Shown here: positions 1-9,801 of the stretch, piece by piece
How the letters are laid out: each line of letters opens with the position of its first letter
How positions within the stretch are numbered: the first letter of the stretch is position 1
Assembly: GCA_002898395.1 (NCBI GenBank)
Contig: BEHE01000001.1
Span: 64,001-128,000 of the forward strand
Reading direction: 5' to 3'
Length of the DNA stretch: 64,000 bases
Origin: Candidatus Calditenuaceae archaeon HR02
GTDB lineage: Archaea; Thermoproteota; Nitrososphaeria_A; Caldarchaeales; Calditenuaceae
Notes under the pieces: model-generated
What the model saw: only the letters and a program-made list of their open reading frames with translations
Databases searched by the model: none
Told to the model about the DNA's origin: nothing
Program-made: the position numbers and the translations under genes

Positions 1-342
1 AGGGCTATCTGCGGACCCACCGAGTCAGAATTGAAAGTTAGGAAGGCGATACTCAATGTCCTCTCGCTGGAGCATGAGCCACGGTTCGAGGTACACCGGC
101 TGACAGGGATATTCGGTGAGCCGCTCACCATCTTAGAGACAGGTGTCTCAGAGGATGAGGCGGAACGCGCGGCGCGACGCCTCATAGAAAGCCTCTCGAG
201 GGACTATATCTCTGAGAGGGTTGAAAGCAGTGGATCGACGGAGACAATACACCTAAGGCTGAACAAGCAGCTCGCATATCTCGGAATAATCCAGCCCTCG
301 GAAGCTGACGCCATAAAGGTAGAGATAATCGCGCAAGGATGA
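1..342 (+). CDS. DUF54/COG1325-type RNA-binding protein (exosome superoperon), 5'-truncated by window edge
   Basis: Frame is open from base 1 (..GPTESELKVRKAI..); contains G-x-F-G-x-P and HLRLNKQ-x-A motifs; adjacent to RNase P subunit genes. Confidence 0.7.
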   Translation, partial: RAICGPTESELKVRKAILNVLSLEHEPRFEVHRLTGIFGEPLTILETGVSEDEAERAARRLIESLSRDYISERVESSGSTETIHLRLNKQLAYLGIIQPSEADAIKVEIIAQG

Positions 343-362
343 AAACTCAGCGGTGCTGACTC

Positions 363-1064
363 TTGGCTAGGAGGTTCGTGGATGCTTGGCTTAGGCCGGG
401 GAGCCGGAACACCCTAGAGGTTATGTTAAGGTCTTGCCACGAGCTGGGCTACTGGGGTGTAGCCGTCGAGCTAGATGATAATTCTTGGGGAGAGGTTAAG
501 AGGATAGCAAGTGTATATGGCCTGGAGGTCTTTCGCAGAGTCACGTTCGAAGTGGGGTCGAAGGAAGAATTGTATAGGAGGTTGAGGGCTGATCGCTGGA
601 GATACGACTTAGTCTCCGTCGCGACCCGTGATAGGGATGTTTTGATGGCTGCGGTTAGGGATATGAGGGTGGACACTGTTGTTGTCAGCGACCCCAGCTC
701 GCCCCCAATCGATAGGCACATTGTCCAGGTAGTCGGCAATTCTCTGGAGCTGGCCCTATTCGACCTGCTGAAAGGCGGTTACGAAGCTTTGCGAACGGCT
801 ACCAGGATTGTGAGGACGGTCTATAGGAAGGGACTCAAGCTCGTAGTCTCTTCAGGCGCTAGGGACGAGTATGGGCTTAGGTCTCCGAGACAGATTGCCT
901 CGGTGGCATGGTCTCTTGGCTCCGCCCCCGATTATGCCCTCAACACCGTCTCAATTTTCCCTTCAGAGATGTTGTTAGAGAATCGTGGGCGGCTAGAGGG
1001 TCGTATCAGTGTGGAGGGTGTGTGGAGGGTTGCCAAGGGTGAAGAAGAGGTATCTAATGGTTAG
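363..1064 (+). CDS. rnp3: RNase P protein component 3 (Rpp30)
   Basis: PHP-like fold features, VVSSGA...LRSPRQI motif, adjacent to Pop5. Confidence 0.85.
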   Translation: MARRFVDAWLRPGSRNTLEVMLRSCHELGYWGVAVELDDNSWGEVKRIASVYGLEVFRRVTFEVGSKEELYRRLRADRWRYDLVSVATRDRDVLMAAVRDMRVDTVVVSDPSSPPIDRHIVQVVGNSLELALFDLLKGGYEALRTATRIVRTVYRKGLKLVVSSGARDEYGLRSPRQIASVAWSLGSAPDYALNTVSIFPSEMLLENRGRLEGRISVEGVWRVAKGEEEVSNG

Positions 1065-1365
1065 GGTTGTTCCGCCTAGCGTCCAGGTGACGCCCGAGGA
1101 GCTTAGACAGACAGTTGCGAGAGAGCTCGAGAGGCTTGGCGGATGGCTTGCTCTAGCGGAGGCGGGAATCTCTGTCAGAAGAGCTGGAAAGGCAGCAGAC
1201 GAGTTTATGCTTAGATGCAGTTTAAAGTCTGTCCCCCTAGTCCTCCTCGCACTAACTATGGTTCAGGGTCTCAAGGAGGAGCGTGTTAGGTTAGATGTGA
1301 CAGGGATGAGCGGAACGATAAAGGGTCTAAGGAGATTTTCCAAGAGCTTGGAGGACTATTCCTGA
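1030..1365 (+). CDS. rnp2: RNase P protein component 2 (Pop5/Rpp14)
   Basis: KKRYL N-terminal motif and SGTIK C-terminal motif; TTG at 1030 preceded by GGAGG is the likely start. Confidence 0.85.
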   Translation: MPRVKKRYLMVRVVPPSVQVTPEELRQTVARELERLGGWLALAEAGISVRRAGKAADEFMLRCSLKSVPLVLLALTMVQGLKEERVRLDVTGMSGTIKGLRRFSKSLEDYS

Positions 1366-2255
1366 CTTTTACCACACTTTGGACAGAATATGGCGCCTTC
1401 AGACATTGCTGCGCCGCAGAACTTGCATCGGGGAGCGGAGTAGACCCCTGCCTCACGCCTCTTCTCGATCCTCTTAGCTATCAGTAGAGAGACCTCCATC
1501 ATCACGACCAATGGAAGGAAAAGGACGGTATTCCCGACCAGCCAGCCGTCAGGCGTTATAAACGCTATGATTATGTAGAGTATGCCGTAAAAATAGACCC
1601 TGTTTCTTGAGAGTATGCTTGAGCTGAGTATGCCTAGTCGCACGAGTAATACGAAGATTGCAGGGGCAGTGAATAGTAGGCCCATAGAGCCGACCGTGGA
1701 GAAGACGAACATGTAGTAGTCACCAGCCTCTATCAGCCGCAGCTCGGGGGAGATGCCGATGATATCGGCAAATATGGCCATGAACCTGATGATGAGTGGG
1801 ACGACTATAAAATAGCTGAAGAGCGAGCCCATCGCGAATAGGCCGATAAAAGCTGTGAGAAACGGCCATACGAGCCTTCTTTCCTGGGGATATAGCGCGG
1901 GGTTGACATAGGCGTAAATCTCGTAGCCTATTACGGGGATAACCGTGATGAATGCCACTAGGGCTGCGGCTATGAAGTATATCTCGAGAGGTGAGACGAG
2001 ACGTCCAGGAATTATCCTAAAATATCCACCAGCCAGCGATACCGTGTACTCCAAGACAAAGCTGATTGCAGGCTTGTACTCGCCCGTCAGAAGTGTGCTA
2101 ATTCCTGAGAGCGAGATGTTTGAGGGAAATGCAAGCCAGAAGATAAGGGCAACAACATAGCTTATAGCGACCATCTTAAGCCGATCCCTAAGCTCTAGTA
2201 GATGCTCCGTGAATGTCATCTCGTTTGGGTTCTTCCTTTCCTTCTTCCTACCCAT
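1356..2255 (-). CDS. tatC: Twin-arginine translocase subunit TatC with C-terminal zinc ribbon
   Basis: EHLLELRDRL motif, PALYPQERR, about 6 TM segments, AFITPD; C-terminal CKFC...CPKC. Confidence 0.93.
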   Translation of the reverse strand: MGRKKERKNPNEMTFTEHLLELRDRLKMVAISYVVALIFWLAFPSNISLSGISTLLTGEYKPAISFVLEYTVSLAGGYFRIIPGRLVSPLEIYFIAAALVAFITVIPVIGYEIYAYVNPALYPQERRLVWPFLTAFIGLFAMGSLFSYFIVVPLIIRFMAIFADIIGISPELRLIEAGDYYMFVFSTVGSMGLLFTAPAIFVLLVRLGILSSSILSRNRVYFYGILYIIIAFITPDGWLVGNTVLFLPLVVMMEVSLLIAKRIEKRREAGVYSAPRCKFCGAAMSEGAIFCPKCGKSQE

Positions 2256-2319
2256 TCCAATAGCCTAATGCTATCTGGGGCACGATGGATATAAATTAGT
2301 CGCGGTCTACGAGTATATA

Positions 2320-2793
2320 TTGATGGATGCTGCACGACGCCTCTTCCAATCCAACATAATGGCAGCTGCCGCGGTCATCATAATGAATGTAATCGGGAGC
2401 TACGTCTCTGCCATAGGAGCTGGGATGGTTTGCCCAGACTGGCCTTTATGCCCATTCCCAGCTGACTACCATGTATTGATAGAGTTTCTCCACCGTGTCT
2501 GGGCGCTTGTCGTAGTCGCCACGATCACCCTGTCGGTTTTGAGGGCTAGGCGTGTTAACGCTGTGAAGGAGCTGAGAGTCGCCAAGATTCTGGTATACAC
2601 GAGCCTCGCGGTGGTGATGGTTCAAGTAGGCCTAGGTGCGATTGTTATCTTCACCGCCTTACTGCCTGAGCTAGTAGCTCTACACCAGCTACTAGCCCAG
2701 ATAATACTCTCATTACAGATGGCTGCGGCGGGGATTAGTTGGGCTGCAACTACCAAGCATATTGAGAAAGAGCAGATAACAGCGAAGAGCTGA
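2320..2793 (+). CDS. ctaA: Short (single-domain) heme A synthase, COX15/CtaA family
   Basis: GAGMVCPDWPLC, EFLHR and second His (ALHQ) in a 4-TM protein. Confidence 0.85.
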   Translation: MMDAARRLFQSNIMAAAAVIIMNVIGSYVSAIGAGMVCPDWPLCPFPADYHVLIEFLHRVWALVVVATITLSVLRARRVNAVKELRVAKILVYTSLAVVMVQVGLGAIVIFTALLPELVALHQLLAQIILSLQMAAAGISWAATTKHIEKEQITAKS

Positions 2794-2800
2794 GCCGGAA

Positions 2801-2956
2801 CTATTCTTTCTCCCCAGCCTCTTTCTCGCCCTTCTTCATCTCCCTGCGGAGCTCGCCGAGGCTTCTCGCAAATTTGAGAATAGTATCGGGCTTAAAGAAG
2901 ATTATCAATAGGAAAATGACGACAACTATTAGGAATGCTTCGAGCGGCGATATCAT
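2801..2956 (-). CDS. tatA: Small TatA/TatB-like protein (51 aa, not in ORF track)
   Basis: Manual translation MISPLEAFLIVVVIFLLIIFFKPDTILKFARSLGELRREMKKGEKEAGEKE: TM helix, hinge, amphipathic helix; starts 2 nt after the upstream tatA stop. Confidence 0.8.
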   Translation of the reverse strand: MISPLEAFLIVVVIFLLIIFFKPDTILKFARSLGELRREMKKGEKEAGEKE

Positions 2957-2958
2957 GC

Positions 2959-3261
2959 CTAGCCGGCCGCCAGCTTAGCTTTTATCTCTTGGACCAAGTC
3001 TTCCCGGCTCTTACCCTCTGTCGAGATACCTAGAGTCTTGGCCACCTCAAGCAACTTCTCGTCGGAGAGGGATCCTACCTCACCAGCATGCACTGTTTTT
3101 CCATGTTCCTCCGAGGATGTCGCCTCTTTACTGGCCTTTTCGAATTCCCTCTTCGCCTGCCCGAATGCTCTCGCTATCTTCGGAAGCCTCTCGGGGCCCC
3201 AAAGGAATAAGACTAGAAGAACCGCGACGACGATTAACCATTCAAAACCCTGAAATGCCAA
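2959..3261 (-). CDS. tatA: TatA/TatE family subunit
   Basis: EWLIVVAVLLVLFLWGPERLPKIARAFGQAKREF; likely start TTG at 3261. Confidence 0.9.
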   Translation of the reverse strand: MAFQGFEWLIVVAVLLVLFLWGPERLPKIARAFGQAKREFEKASKEATSSEEHGKTVHAGEVGSLSDEKLLEVAKTLGISTEGKSREDLVQEIKAKLAAG

Positions 3262-3310
3262 GCCTACTTCACACCTAGTCTTCAAACCCCATATTTAAGT
3301 GTTCGTGAAT

Positions 3311-3772
3311 TCACTCAGTTATCCACGCATAAGAACCATCTGCGTAGACCTCTTTTTTGAAGAGCGCGGGCTCCTTCTTGTATCTCTCTACGGCTTCGCG
3401 GAGGGCGTTGAAGGCTGCGGCTCTCTGTCTGGCCGCGACGGCTACCAGCACCACAGGATCGCCTGGATTGAATCTACCTTGCAGATGCCAGATGCCGACG
3501 TATGATGCGCCATGTTTCTCAGCGACCTCGCGGCATATCTTGTTAATCTCTAGATTTGCATTCTCCTCATAAGCCTCTATCTCGAGATACTTGACCTCTC
3601 TTCCGGTCCTGCCTTCACGCCTTGCTACGCCTAGGAAAATAGCGACTGCGCCAGCGCTGCCCGACTTGTAAATGTGTGACAAATTTGATAGAAGTTCACC
3701 TATCCTAAGCTTGCATTCATCATAGACTCCAGGGCGAGGCAATTCCTTCACCCCAGCCTCCTCCAGACTCAA
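3311..3772 (-). CDS. moaE: Molybdopterin synthase catalytic subunit MoaE
   Basis: GAVAIFLGVAR, LEIEAY, FKKE...W motifs. Confidence 0.9.
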   Translation of the reverse strand: MSLEEAGVKELPRPGVYDECKLRIGELLSNLSHIYKSGSAGAVAIFLGVARREGRTGREVKYLEIEAYEENANLEINKICREVAEKHGASYVGIWHLQGRFNPGDPVVLVAVAARQRAAAFNALREAVERYKKEPALFKKEVYADGSYAWITE

Positions 3773-4836
3773 TGCGCCCCCCTCTTGACCGCCAAGACAC
3801 TTAATGCCGCGGCTACACGTCTCGCTAAGCTTCTGAAGCTCTCAGCAGCCTCAGATGCTGGTTGTGAGACTATAATTGGGACACCCTCGTCGCTATTTTC
3901 GCGGAGTATGGGCATTAGCGGTATCTCGGCCAAAAGGGGGACACCTATCTTTTCCGCCGACCGAGCCCCTCCGCCCCTGCCGAAGATGAACTCTCTCCGC
4001 CCACAGCCCGGGCATACATAATAAGACATGTTCTCGACAATTCCGAGAATCTCGACCCCCAGTTTCTGGAACATTCTGAGGGCTTTGATAGCTATGTCAA
4101 GGGAGGCTTGCTGGGGGGTTGTAACTATTATGGCCCCTGTTATGGGTATCGTTTGGGCGAGCGTTAGGGGTGCGTCACCGGTGCCAGGTGGCAGGTCTAC
4201 GACAAGGTAATCTAGTTCACCCCAGTCGACTTCTAACAGCATCTGCCTCACAGCACCACCCACAAGCGGGCCCCTCCAGATGATAGGCGTGTCGTCAGTG
4301 ACAACTAAGCCCATAGACATTATCTTTAAGCCGAGAGGCCCTTCAGCAGGTGAGAGCTTCCCTTTCCCCTTGGCCTCAAACCGGTATGATCTTATAAATC
4401 GCGTGAGACTCGAGCCATATACGTCGGCGTCTAGGATTCCAACGGAGGCTCCTGTCTCTGAGAGGGCCACGGCTAGGTTGGCGGCTATGGTTGTTTTTCC
4501 CACACCACCCTTCCCGCTACCAACTGCGACGACGTTCTTTATCCCGGGAATTTCTATCGGTATAGGCTGCCCACCCCAACCCCTTCTAACCCTAGCAGTA
4601 ACCTTCATGCTTACAGATTTGACGCCTGGTAGCCTCTCTACAACGCTCCTTGCCATCTGCTCTATTTGGGAGTTGTAGGGGCAGGCGGGCGTCGTTAGCT
4701 CAAGCGTAAAAGACACGTCACCATCCATTACCTTCAACTCCTTTATCATCCCCATACTCACTATATCCATGCCGAGTTCAGGGTCCCGCACGCCCCTTAA
4801 AGCCTCTAAGACTTCCCTTTCAGTCGGGCGCGTCAA
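3769..4836 (-). CDS. apbC: Mrp/NBP35 Fe-S cluster carrier ATPase with N-terminal DUF59 domain
   Basis: DPELGMDIV...TTPACP, GSGKGGVGKT, DLPPGTGD, ENMS-YVCPGC; start re-placed at TTG 4836. Confidence 0.92.
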   Translation of the reverse strand: MTRPTEREVLEALRGVRDPELGMDIVSMGMIKELKVMDGDVSFTLELTTPACPYNSQIEQMARSVVERLPGVKSVSMKVTARVRRGWGGQPIPIEIPGIKNVVAVGSGKGGVGKTTIAANLAVALSETGASVGILDADVYGSSLTRFIRSYRFEAKGKGKLSPAEGPLGLKIMSMGLVVTDDTPIIWRGPLVGGAVRQMLLEVDWGELDYLVVDLPPGTGDAPLTLAQTIPITGAIIVTTPQQASLDIAIKALRMFQKLGVEILGIVENMSYYVCPGCGRREFIFGRGGGARSAEKIGVPLLAEIPLMPILRENSDEGVPIIVSQPASEAAESFRSLARRVAAALSVLAVKRGAH

Positions 4837-4944
4837 CAAGATAGAATCTAGCAGTCTAACTAAAAAAGAAATTTCACGAATCCGCTTATGAGAGTTTGTA
4901 CAAACGGTATATAAGGGGGGATACATGGGATATGCGTTTGAATA

Positions 4945-6513
4945 GTGGGCATGGCGATGCTAAAGTCTAGCCAGCTCGGCAAGCCCGGTCTGAGGCTTAG
5001 CAGCTTCTTCGATGACATATACCACCTCAATGAAGAGGGTGTGCCCGTTTTTAAGCTGTTTATAAACGGGGAGTGGGTGGAGAGTAAGACTGGAGAGACA
5101 TTCCCAGTAGATACCCCCATTGACGATAGTGTTGTGGCGTATGCTCAGAAGGGCGGTGACCTCGACGTAGATGCTGCTGTTAACGCTTCTCGCGATGCTA
5201 GGCCGAAGATACGGTCCATTGCGGCGATTGATAGAATAGAGATTTTCCACGACGCGGCTAAGATAATCGAGGAGCGGTTAGAAGACTTTGTTAACGTCCT
5301 CATGCTTGAGGCGGGCAAGCCCCGTGCAGATGCGGTCGGCGAGATAACAGCAGTTATTGAGCGGATGAAGATGACAATGGAGGATGTCTCTAAGGTTGGC
5401 GGCGAGTATAGGCCCGGCGACTGGTCAGCCGACACGATGGGCAAGGTCGCAATAGTCCTCCGCGAACCTGTAGGGACAGTAGGAGCCATAGGCCCCTTCA
5501 ACTACCCTCTATACATACCGGCAGCTAAGATCATACCAGCCCTCCTCTCAGGTAATACAGTAGTGGTCAAACCGGCCAGTGACACGCCTTTAAGCCAGCT
5601 CCTACTTGCCAAGGCTCTCGAGGAGGCTGGCGTTCCAAAAGGAGCACTCAACGTCGTTACGGGTCCAGGGCGAGTAGGCGCCAGGATAGCGGCGCACGAG
5701 GATGTCGGCATGGTATCCTTCACTGGGAGCACAGAAGTGGGAAGAGAGATCGCTAGGATTGCGGCAAACAAGCGGCTCCACCTTGAGCTAGGCGGAAAAG
5801 CGTATGCAATTGTTCTGGATGACGCGGATATTAGCTTGGCGGCTAACAGGTGTGTGGCCGGCTCTCTAAGGAATGCTGGGCAGAGGTGCGACGCCGTAAG
5901 TGCAATACTAGTGGTCCAATCGGTGGCTGATGAGTTCGTGGAGAAGGTGTTAGCCGAAGTCGATAAGATAAAGTATGGAGACCCGCGGGTTGAGGGTGTG
6001 AATATGGGTCCGCTCATAAACAGAGCAGCAGCCGAGAGGGTCAACGCACTCGTGAAAGACGCGGTGGCTAAGGGTGCAAAACTGCTCAGAGGAGGGAGTT
6101 ACAGGGGTTGCTATCATGAGCCGACTGTGCTTGACAGGGTCCCGCTGGATGCTAGGATATTGTGGGAGGAGACATTTGGTCCAGTAGTGACAATAGTCAG
6201 GGTCGTTGACGAGAACGAGGCAATAGCGATAGCCTCTAGGAGTAGATACGGCCTAGACAGCTGTGTATTCACGAATAACTTCTACAGGATGTGGAGGGTT
6301 GCGAAGTCACTCCAGGTGGGTGCTGTGACGATAAACGATTTTCCACGGCACGGAGTCGGCTACTTCCCATTCGGAGGCGTTAAGGACTCAGGGTTGGGAA
6401 GAGAGGGTATAGGATACTCGATCGAGGAGATGATGGTTCTCAAAACTATCGTATTCAATCTAGAGCCAGCCCAGCTCGGTAAAGTAAGGAGACCAAAGGA
6501 AAAGCATCACTAA
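4945..6513 (+). CDS. gapN: Aldehyde dehydrogenase, most like non-phosphorylating glyceraldehyde-3-phosphate dehydrogenase (GAPN)
   Basis: PFNYPL, FTGSTEVG, ELGG, AGQRCDA; GGEYRPGDW and PRHGVGYFPFGG resemble the archaeal GAPN subfamily. Confidence 0.8.
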   Translation: MGMAMLKSSQLGKPGLRLSSFFDDIYHLNEEGVPVFKLFINGEWVESKTGETFPVDTPIDDSVVAYAQKGGDLDVDAAVNASRDARPKIRSIAAIDRIEIFHDAAKIIEERLEDFVNVLMLEAGKPRADAVGEITAVIERMKMTMEDVSKVGGEYRPGDWSADTMGKVAIVLREPVGTVGAIGPFNYPLYIPAAKIIPALLSGNTVVVKPASDTPLSQLLLAKALEEAGVPKGALNVVTGPGRVGARIAAHEDVGMVSFTGSTEVGREIARIAANKRLHLELGGKAYAIVLDDADISLAANRCVAGSLRNAGQRCDAVSAILVVQSVADEFVEKVLAEVDKIKYGDPRVEGVNMGPLINRAAAERVNALVKDAVAKGAKLLRGGSYRGCYHEPTVLDRVPLDARILWEETFGPVVTIVRVVDENEAIAIASRSRYGLDSCVFTNNFYRMWRVAKSLQVGAVTINDFPRHGVGYFPFGGVKDSGLGREGIGYSIEEMMVLKTIVFNLEPAQLGKVRRPKEKHH

Positions 6514-7043
6514 ACACTGTCCATGAAGATACTCATAAGTAGTGCGGCTATACTTTTCAAGTCTCTAATACTCCCATTTCGGATAGCGTCCAAGACCTGT
6601 TCACGGGTTAGTCTGACGACTTTGATGTTTTCATCCACATCATGTCTCTGTAAGCCGACTGTAGGTGCCCGCCCTACAAATATGTATAGCTTCTCGTTTG
6701 AGTAGCCCGGCGATGTGTAGGTCTCTGCGATAAGCCTTAGACCGTCTGCCTTGAGTCCTGTCTCCTCTTCAAGCTCTCTCTCAGCGCACCTCGCAGGTTC
6801 CTCACCCTCCTCCAATGTACCCGCGGGTATCTCAAGAGTCTCCTCGCCCACGCCTATCCTGTATTGAGAAACTAAGAGGAATCTACCCTCAGAATCAGTC
6901 GCCACTATCGCGACAGACCCTGGATGCTCGACGACCTCTCTCACAACCTCCCTCCCAACATACTTCGCCCTGACAAGCCTAACCGAAACTAGCCTACCAC
7001 TATAGACTAGCCTGCTAGAGATTATCTCGGGCAGACGATTCAA
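6510..7043 (-). CDS. NUDIX hydrolase, ADP-ribose pyrophosphatase-like
   Basis: HPGSV, EIPAG...GE...AERELEEETG Nudix box, SPGYS. Confidence 0.9.
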   Translation of the reverse strand: MNRLPEIISSRLVYSGRLVSVRLVRAKYVGREVVREVVEHPGSVAIVATDSEGRFLLVSQYRIGVGEETLEIPAGTLEEGEEPARCAERELEEETGLKADGLRLIAETYTSPGYSNEKLYIFVGRAPTVGLQRHDVDENIKVVRLTREQVLDAIRNGSIRDLKSIAALLMSIFMDSV

Positions 7044-7106
7044 CGCTGTGTCACTGATTACTCACACAGAGATGTTTTTATAAATTAGCTGGAACTTGCT
7101 AATCCT

Positions 7107-8336
7107 GTGAAGATCTTAATCGTCCTCTTGGACGGCGTTGGTGACAGGCCTTCACCCAACTTGAACGGCCTGACACCTCTTCAGGCTGCACGTATACCAT
7201 TCCTGAACAGCTTAGCACGCAACGGGATAAACGGGATAATGGACCCAGTCTCGCCAGGAATTCCTGTTGGAAGCGATACGGGACACTTATCCATCCTCGG
7301 CTATGACCCGTACAAGTATTATCCTGGAAGGGGGCCCTTCGAGGCGCTTGGAGCTGGAATCAAGCTTAAGCCTGGCGACGTCGCCTTTAGATGCAATTTC
7401 GCCACAGTCAGTGATGATGGAAGGGTTGTGGATAGGAGGGCGGGCCGTATAAGTAGCCAGGAGGCGGCCCAACTTGTCGAAAGTCTCAAAGAGGTTTCGG
7501 AAGTTGACGGGATAGAGGTTTTACTGAAACACACCGTTGAACACAGGTCGGTCCTTGTGCTCCGGGGGGAAGTCTCCGATAAAATCTCAGACGTAGACCC
7601 GCATAAGGATGGCGCGGAACTGATCTGGCCGAAGCCCCTAAACAGTTCCCGAGAGGCAGAGAGGACTGCAGAGGCCCTGACAAAGCTCCTCAAAAAATAC
7701 AAGCAGATACTCGAGAAAAACCCGGTAAACATTAGGAGGCGTGAGGCCGGCTTACCCATCGCCAACATGCTGCTACCGCGTGGGGCAGGCCGAATGCCAA
7801 ACCTCCCATCTCTCTCCCAGCGATTCGGTGTAAGGGCCGCAGTATTAGCTGGTGGAGCTCTCTATAAAGGAGTGTGCAGCTCTGTGGGCATGGACGTAGT
7901 CGAGGTGCCGGGAGCAACTGGCACGCTAAACACCGACCTTGACGCTAAGTTCAAAACGGCATTCAAAGCCATAAACGAATATGACCTCGTCTTCCTACAC
8001 ATCAAAGGGACGGACACAGCAGCCCACGATAAGGATCCAGTCACAAAGGCTTCATTCATAGAGAAGATCGACACAGCATTTGCGAAAAACTACAGCCCAC
8101 CCCGCGACGAGTTAGTCATCTGCGTCACAGGGGACCATACGACTAGCTCCCTCACAGGCGAGCATAGGGGAGACCCAGTACCGGTGCTGATTTGGGGCCA
8201 TGGGGTGAGAGTGGACGCCGTAAACAGGTTTAACGAGGTTGACTCAGCCAGCGGCGCACTAGGGCGGATAAGGGGCACAGACCTGATGAGTATTTTGATG
8301 GACCTTGCAAACAGGACCGAGAAGTTCGGCGAATAG
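7107..8336 (+). CDS. apgM: 2,3-bisphosphoglycerate-independent phosphoglycerate mutase (archaeal)
   Basis: DGVGDRP, GSDTGHLSILGYDP, HIKGTD, TGDHTT metal-binding motifs. Confidence 0.93.
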   Translation: MKILIVLLDGVGDRPSPNLNGLTPLQAARIPFLNSLARNGINGIMDPVSPGIPVGSDTGHLSILGYDPYKYYPGRGPFEALGAGIKLKPGDVAFRCNFATVSDDGRVVDRRAGRISSQEAAQLVESLKEVSEVDGIEVLLKHTVEHRSVLVLRGEVSDKISDVDPHKDGAELIWPKPLNSSREAERTAEALTKLLKKYKQILEKNPVNIRRREAGLPIANMLLPRGAGRMPNLPSLSQRFGVRAAVLAGGALYKGVCSSVGMDVVEVPGATGTLNTDLDAKFKTAFKAINEYDLVFLHIKGTDTAAHDKDPVTKASFIEKIDTAFAKNYSPPRDELVICVTGDHTTSSLTGEHRGDPVPVLIWGHGVRVDAVNRFNEVDSASGALGRIRGTDLMSILMDLANRTEKFGE

Positions 8337-8341
8337 TAGGC

Positions 8342-8533
8342 CTACCTTTTTCTCAAGACTCTTCTGCGAAGAAGACCATCAGCCTCCTCCCTATACAAGC
8401 CTTCAAGCCCACATCTTTGTTGGAAATATTCCTCTAAGTCCAGTTTCCCCTCTTGAAACCTCTTTTTGGTGCTGTAAATCCTTTCCGAGAGCTCTTTCAG
8501 ATGGTTCTCGATCCTTAGCGGTGGAAGCCTCAA
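8342..8533 (-). CDS. Small hypothetical protein, co-oriented with and overlapping rps19e
   Basis: 63-aa ORF with 4-nt overlap to the rps19e stop; charged helical composition. Confidence 0.45.
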   Translation of the reverse strand: MRLPPLRIENHLKELSERIYSTKKRFQEGKLDLEEYFQQRCGLEGLYREEADGLLRRRVLRKR

Positions 8534-8967
8534 GTCTTGCCTGCCTGTCTCTTCAATATGCTCTCGCTGATCTCTTCGAGTAGCTGTCTGCCCTTCTTTG
8601 TTAGGACTCTACCCTTCTTTGACTTCTCCACTAGCCCCGCACCCTCTAGCTGCTGGAGGGCTTTTCTGATGACACTACCACTGCCTGGAGCGAAATGTGG
8701 GTTTCTGTGACCCATCCTATGCCTGCCACCATACATCCTCCTTAGCCTCGAGACCCCAAGCCCCTTATCATGGATGTACAGCTTTCGCAATATCGCCGCG
8801 CACCTCACATACCACCAGTCAGGATCAGATGGAGGCCTGTCCTTAGAGACTCCAGTCTTCACAAATGGGACCCACTTCGGCATGGAAACTATTTTATTCT
8901 CCTTAAGGTAGCGGGCTGTAGTCCTGATGAGCTGTAGCGGCTCAACGAGTCTCACACTCATTTCCAC
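8530..8967 (-). CDS. rps19e: 30S ribosomal protein S19e
   Basis: PKWVPFVKTG...DWWYVRCAAILRKLY, GSGSVIRKALQQLE. Confidence 0.97.
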   Translation of the reverse strand: MEMSVRLVEPLQLIRTTARYLKENKIVSMPKWVPFVKTGVSKDRPPSDPDWWYVRCAAILRKLYIHDKGLGVSRLRRMYGGRHRMGHRNPHFAPGSGSVIRKALQQLEGAGLVEKSKKGRVLTKKGRQLLEEISESILKRQAGKT

Positions 8968-9084
8968 CTATTTCTGACATGTTTTTTATTTAAGCCGTAT
9001 TTAACGCTGCCTCATAGTGGCCTAGGAAGGACCATAGCCCCGAAAATTAGTCCTTATTAAATGCTCTGAAATTTTGACAAACCA

Positions 9085-9729
9085 ATGGATTGGCCTGAGC
9101 TCATTGCTAGTGTTGTCCTCGTTTCAGCCTCAGGGGCACTTGCCCCAGGTCCACTACTTATCGCGACCCTGAGTGAGGGTGTCAAAAGAGGGGCCCGCGT
9201 AGGATTCCTCTCCGCCACCGGACACATGGTTGTGGAACTCCCACTAGTCCTCCTTATAGCCCAGGGCATAGCCTTTCTTCTCACAGGCGAGGTAATAGCT
9301 AGGCTTGCCATAACCGCCGCTGGCGTAGCAGCCCTCACATTCTTCGGCCTCAACCAGCTCCGCGAATCAATCATAGCACAACCCAATCCAACCAACGGTC
9401 TGGATACTAAAACCCCTAAGAATGGCGTCGCGATAGGCATAATATTCACAGGTCTAAACCCATACTTCATCACCTGGTGGCTTACCATCGGTGCTAAACT
9501 GGTATACGACTCCCTAGAGCTCGCCGCATGGATGGGCATCGCCGTGATGTATGCCTCGCACATCTGGATCGACTACGCATGGCTCGTTTTCACAAGTAGT
9601 CTGGCATGGAGGGGGGGCAAAATAATTGGGTCGCGGCTGCTGAGGCTCATAAACATCGTTCTCGGAGCCTTCCTCATAGTTCTTGCACTCCTTATGGCTC
9701 TAGAGTTTGTACTTACCATATTCTCTTAG
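9085..9729 (+). CDS. LysE family translocator
   Basis: SGALAPGPL, GH, LNPYFITWW motifs; hydrophobic. Confidence 0.88.
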   Translation: MDWPELIASVVLVSASGALAPGPLLIATLSEGVKRGARVGFLSATGHMVVELPLVLLIAQGIAFLLTGEVIARLAITAAGVAALTFFGLNQLRESIIAQPNPTNGLDTKTPKNGVAIGIIFTGLNPYFITWWLTIGAKLVYDSLELAAWMGIAVMYASHIWIDYAWLVFTSSLAWRGGKIIGSRLLRLINIVLGAFLIVLALLMALEFVLTIFS

Positions 9730-9801
9730 ATATACAGGGAGAATGTCCTTTCACCGAGGGAACGACCCCAGTATAAATGTGAATTTGCCAAGTCTATCTG
9801 C

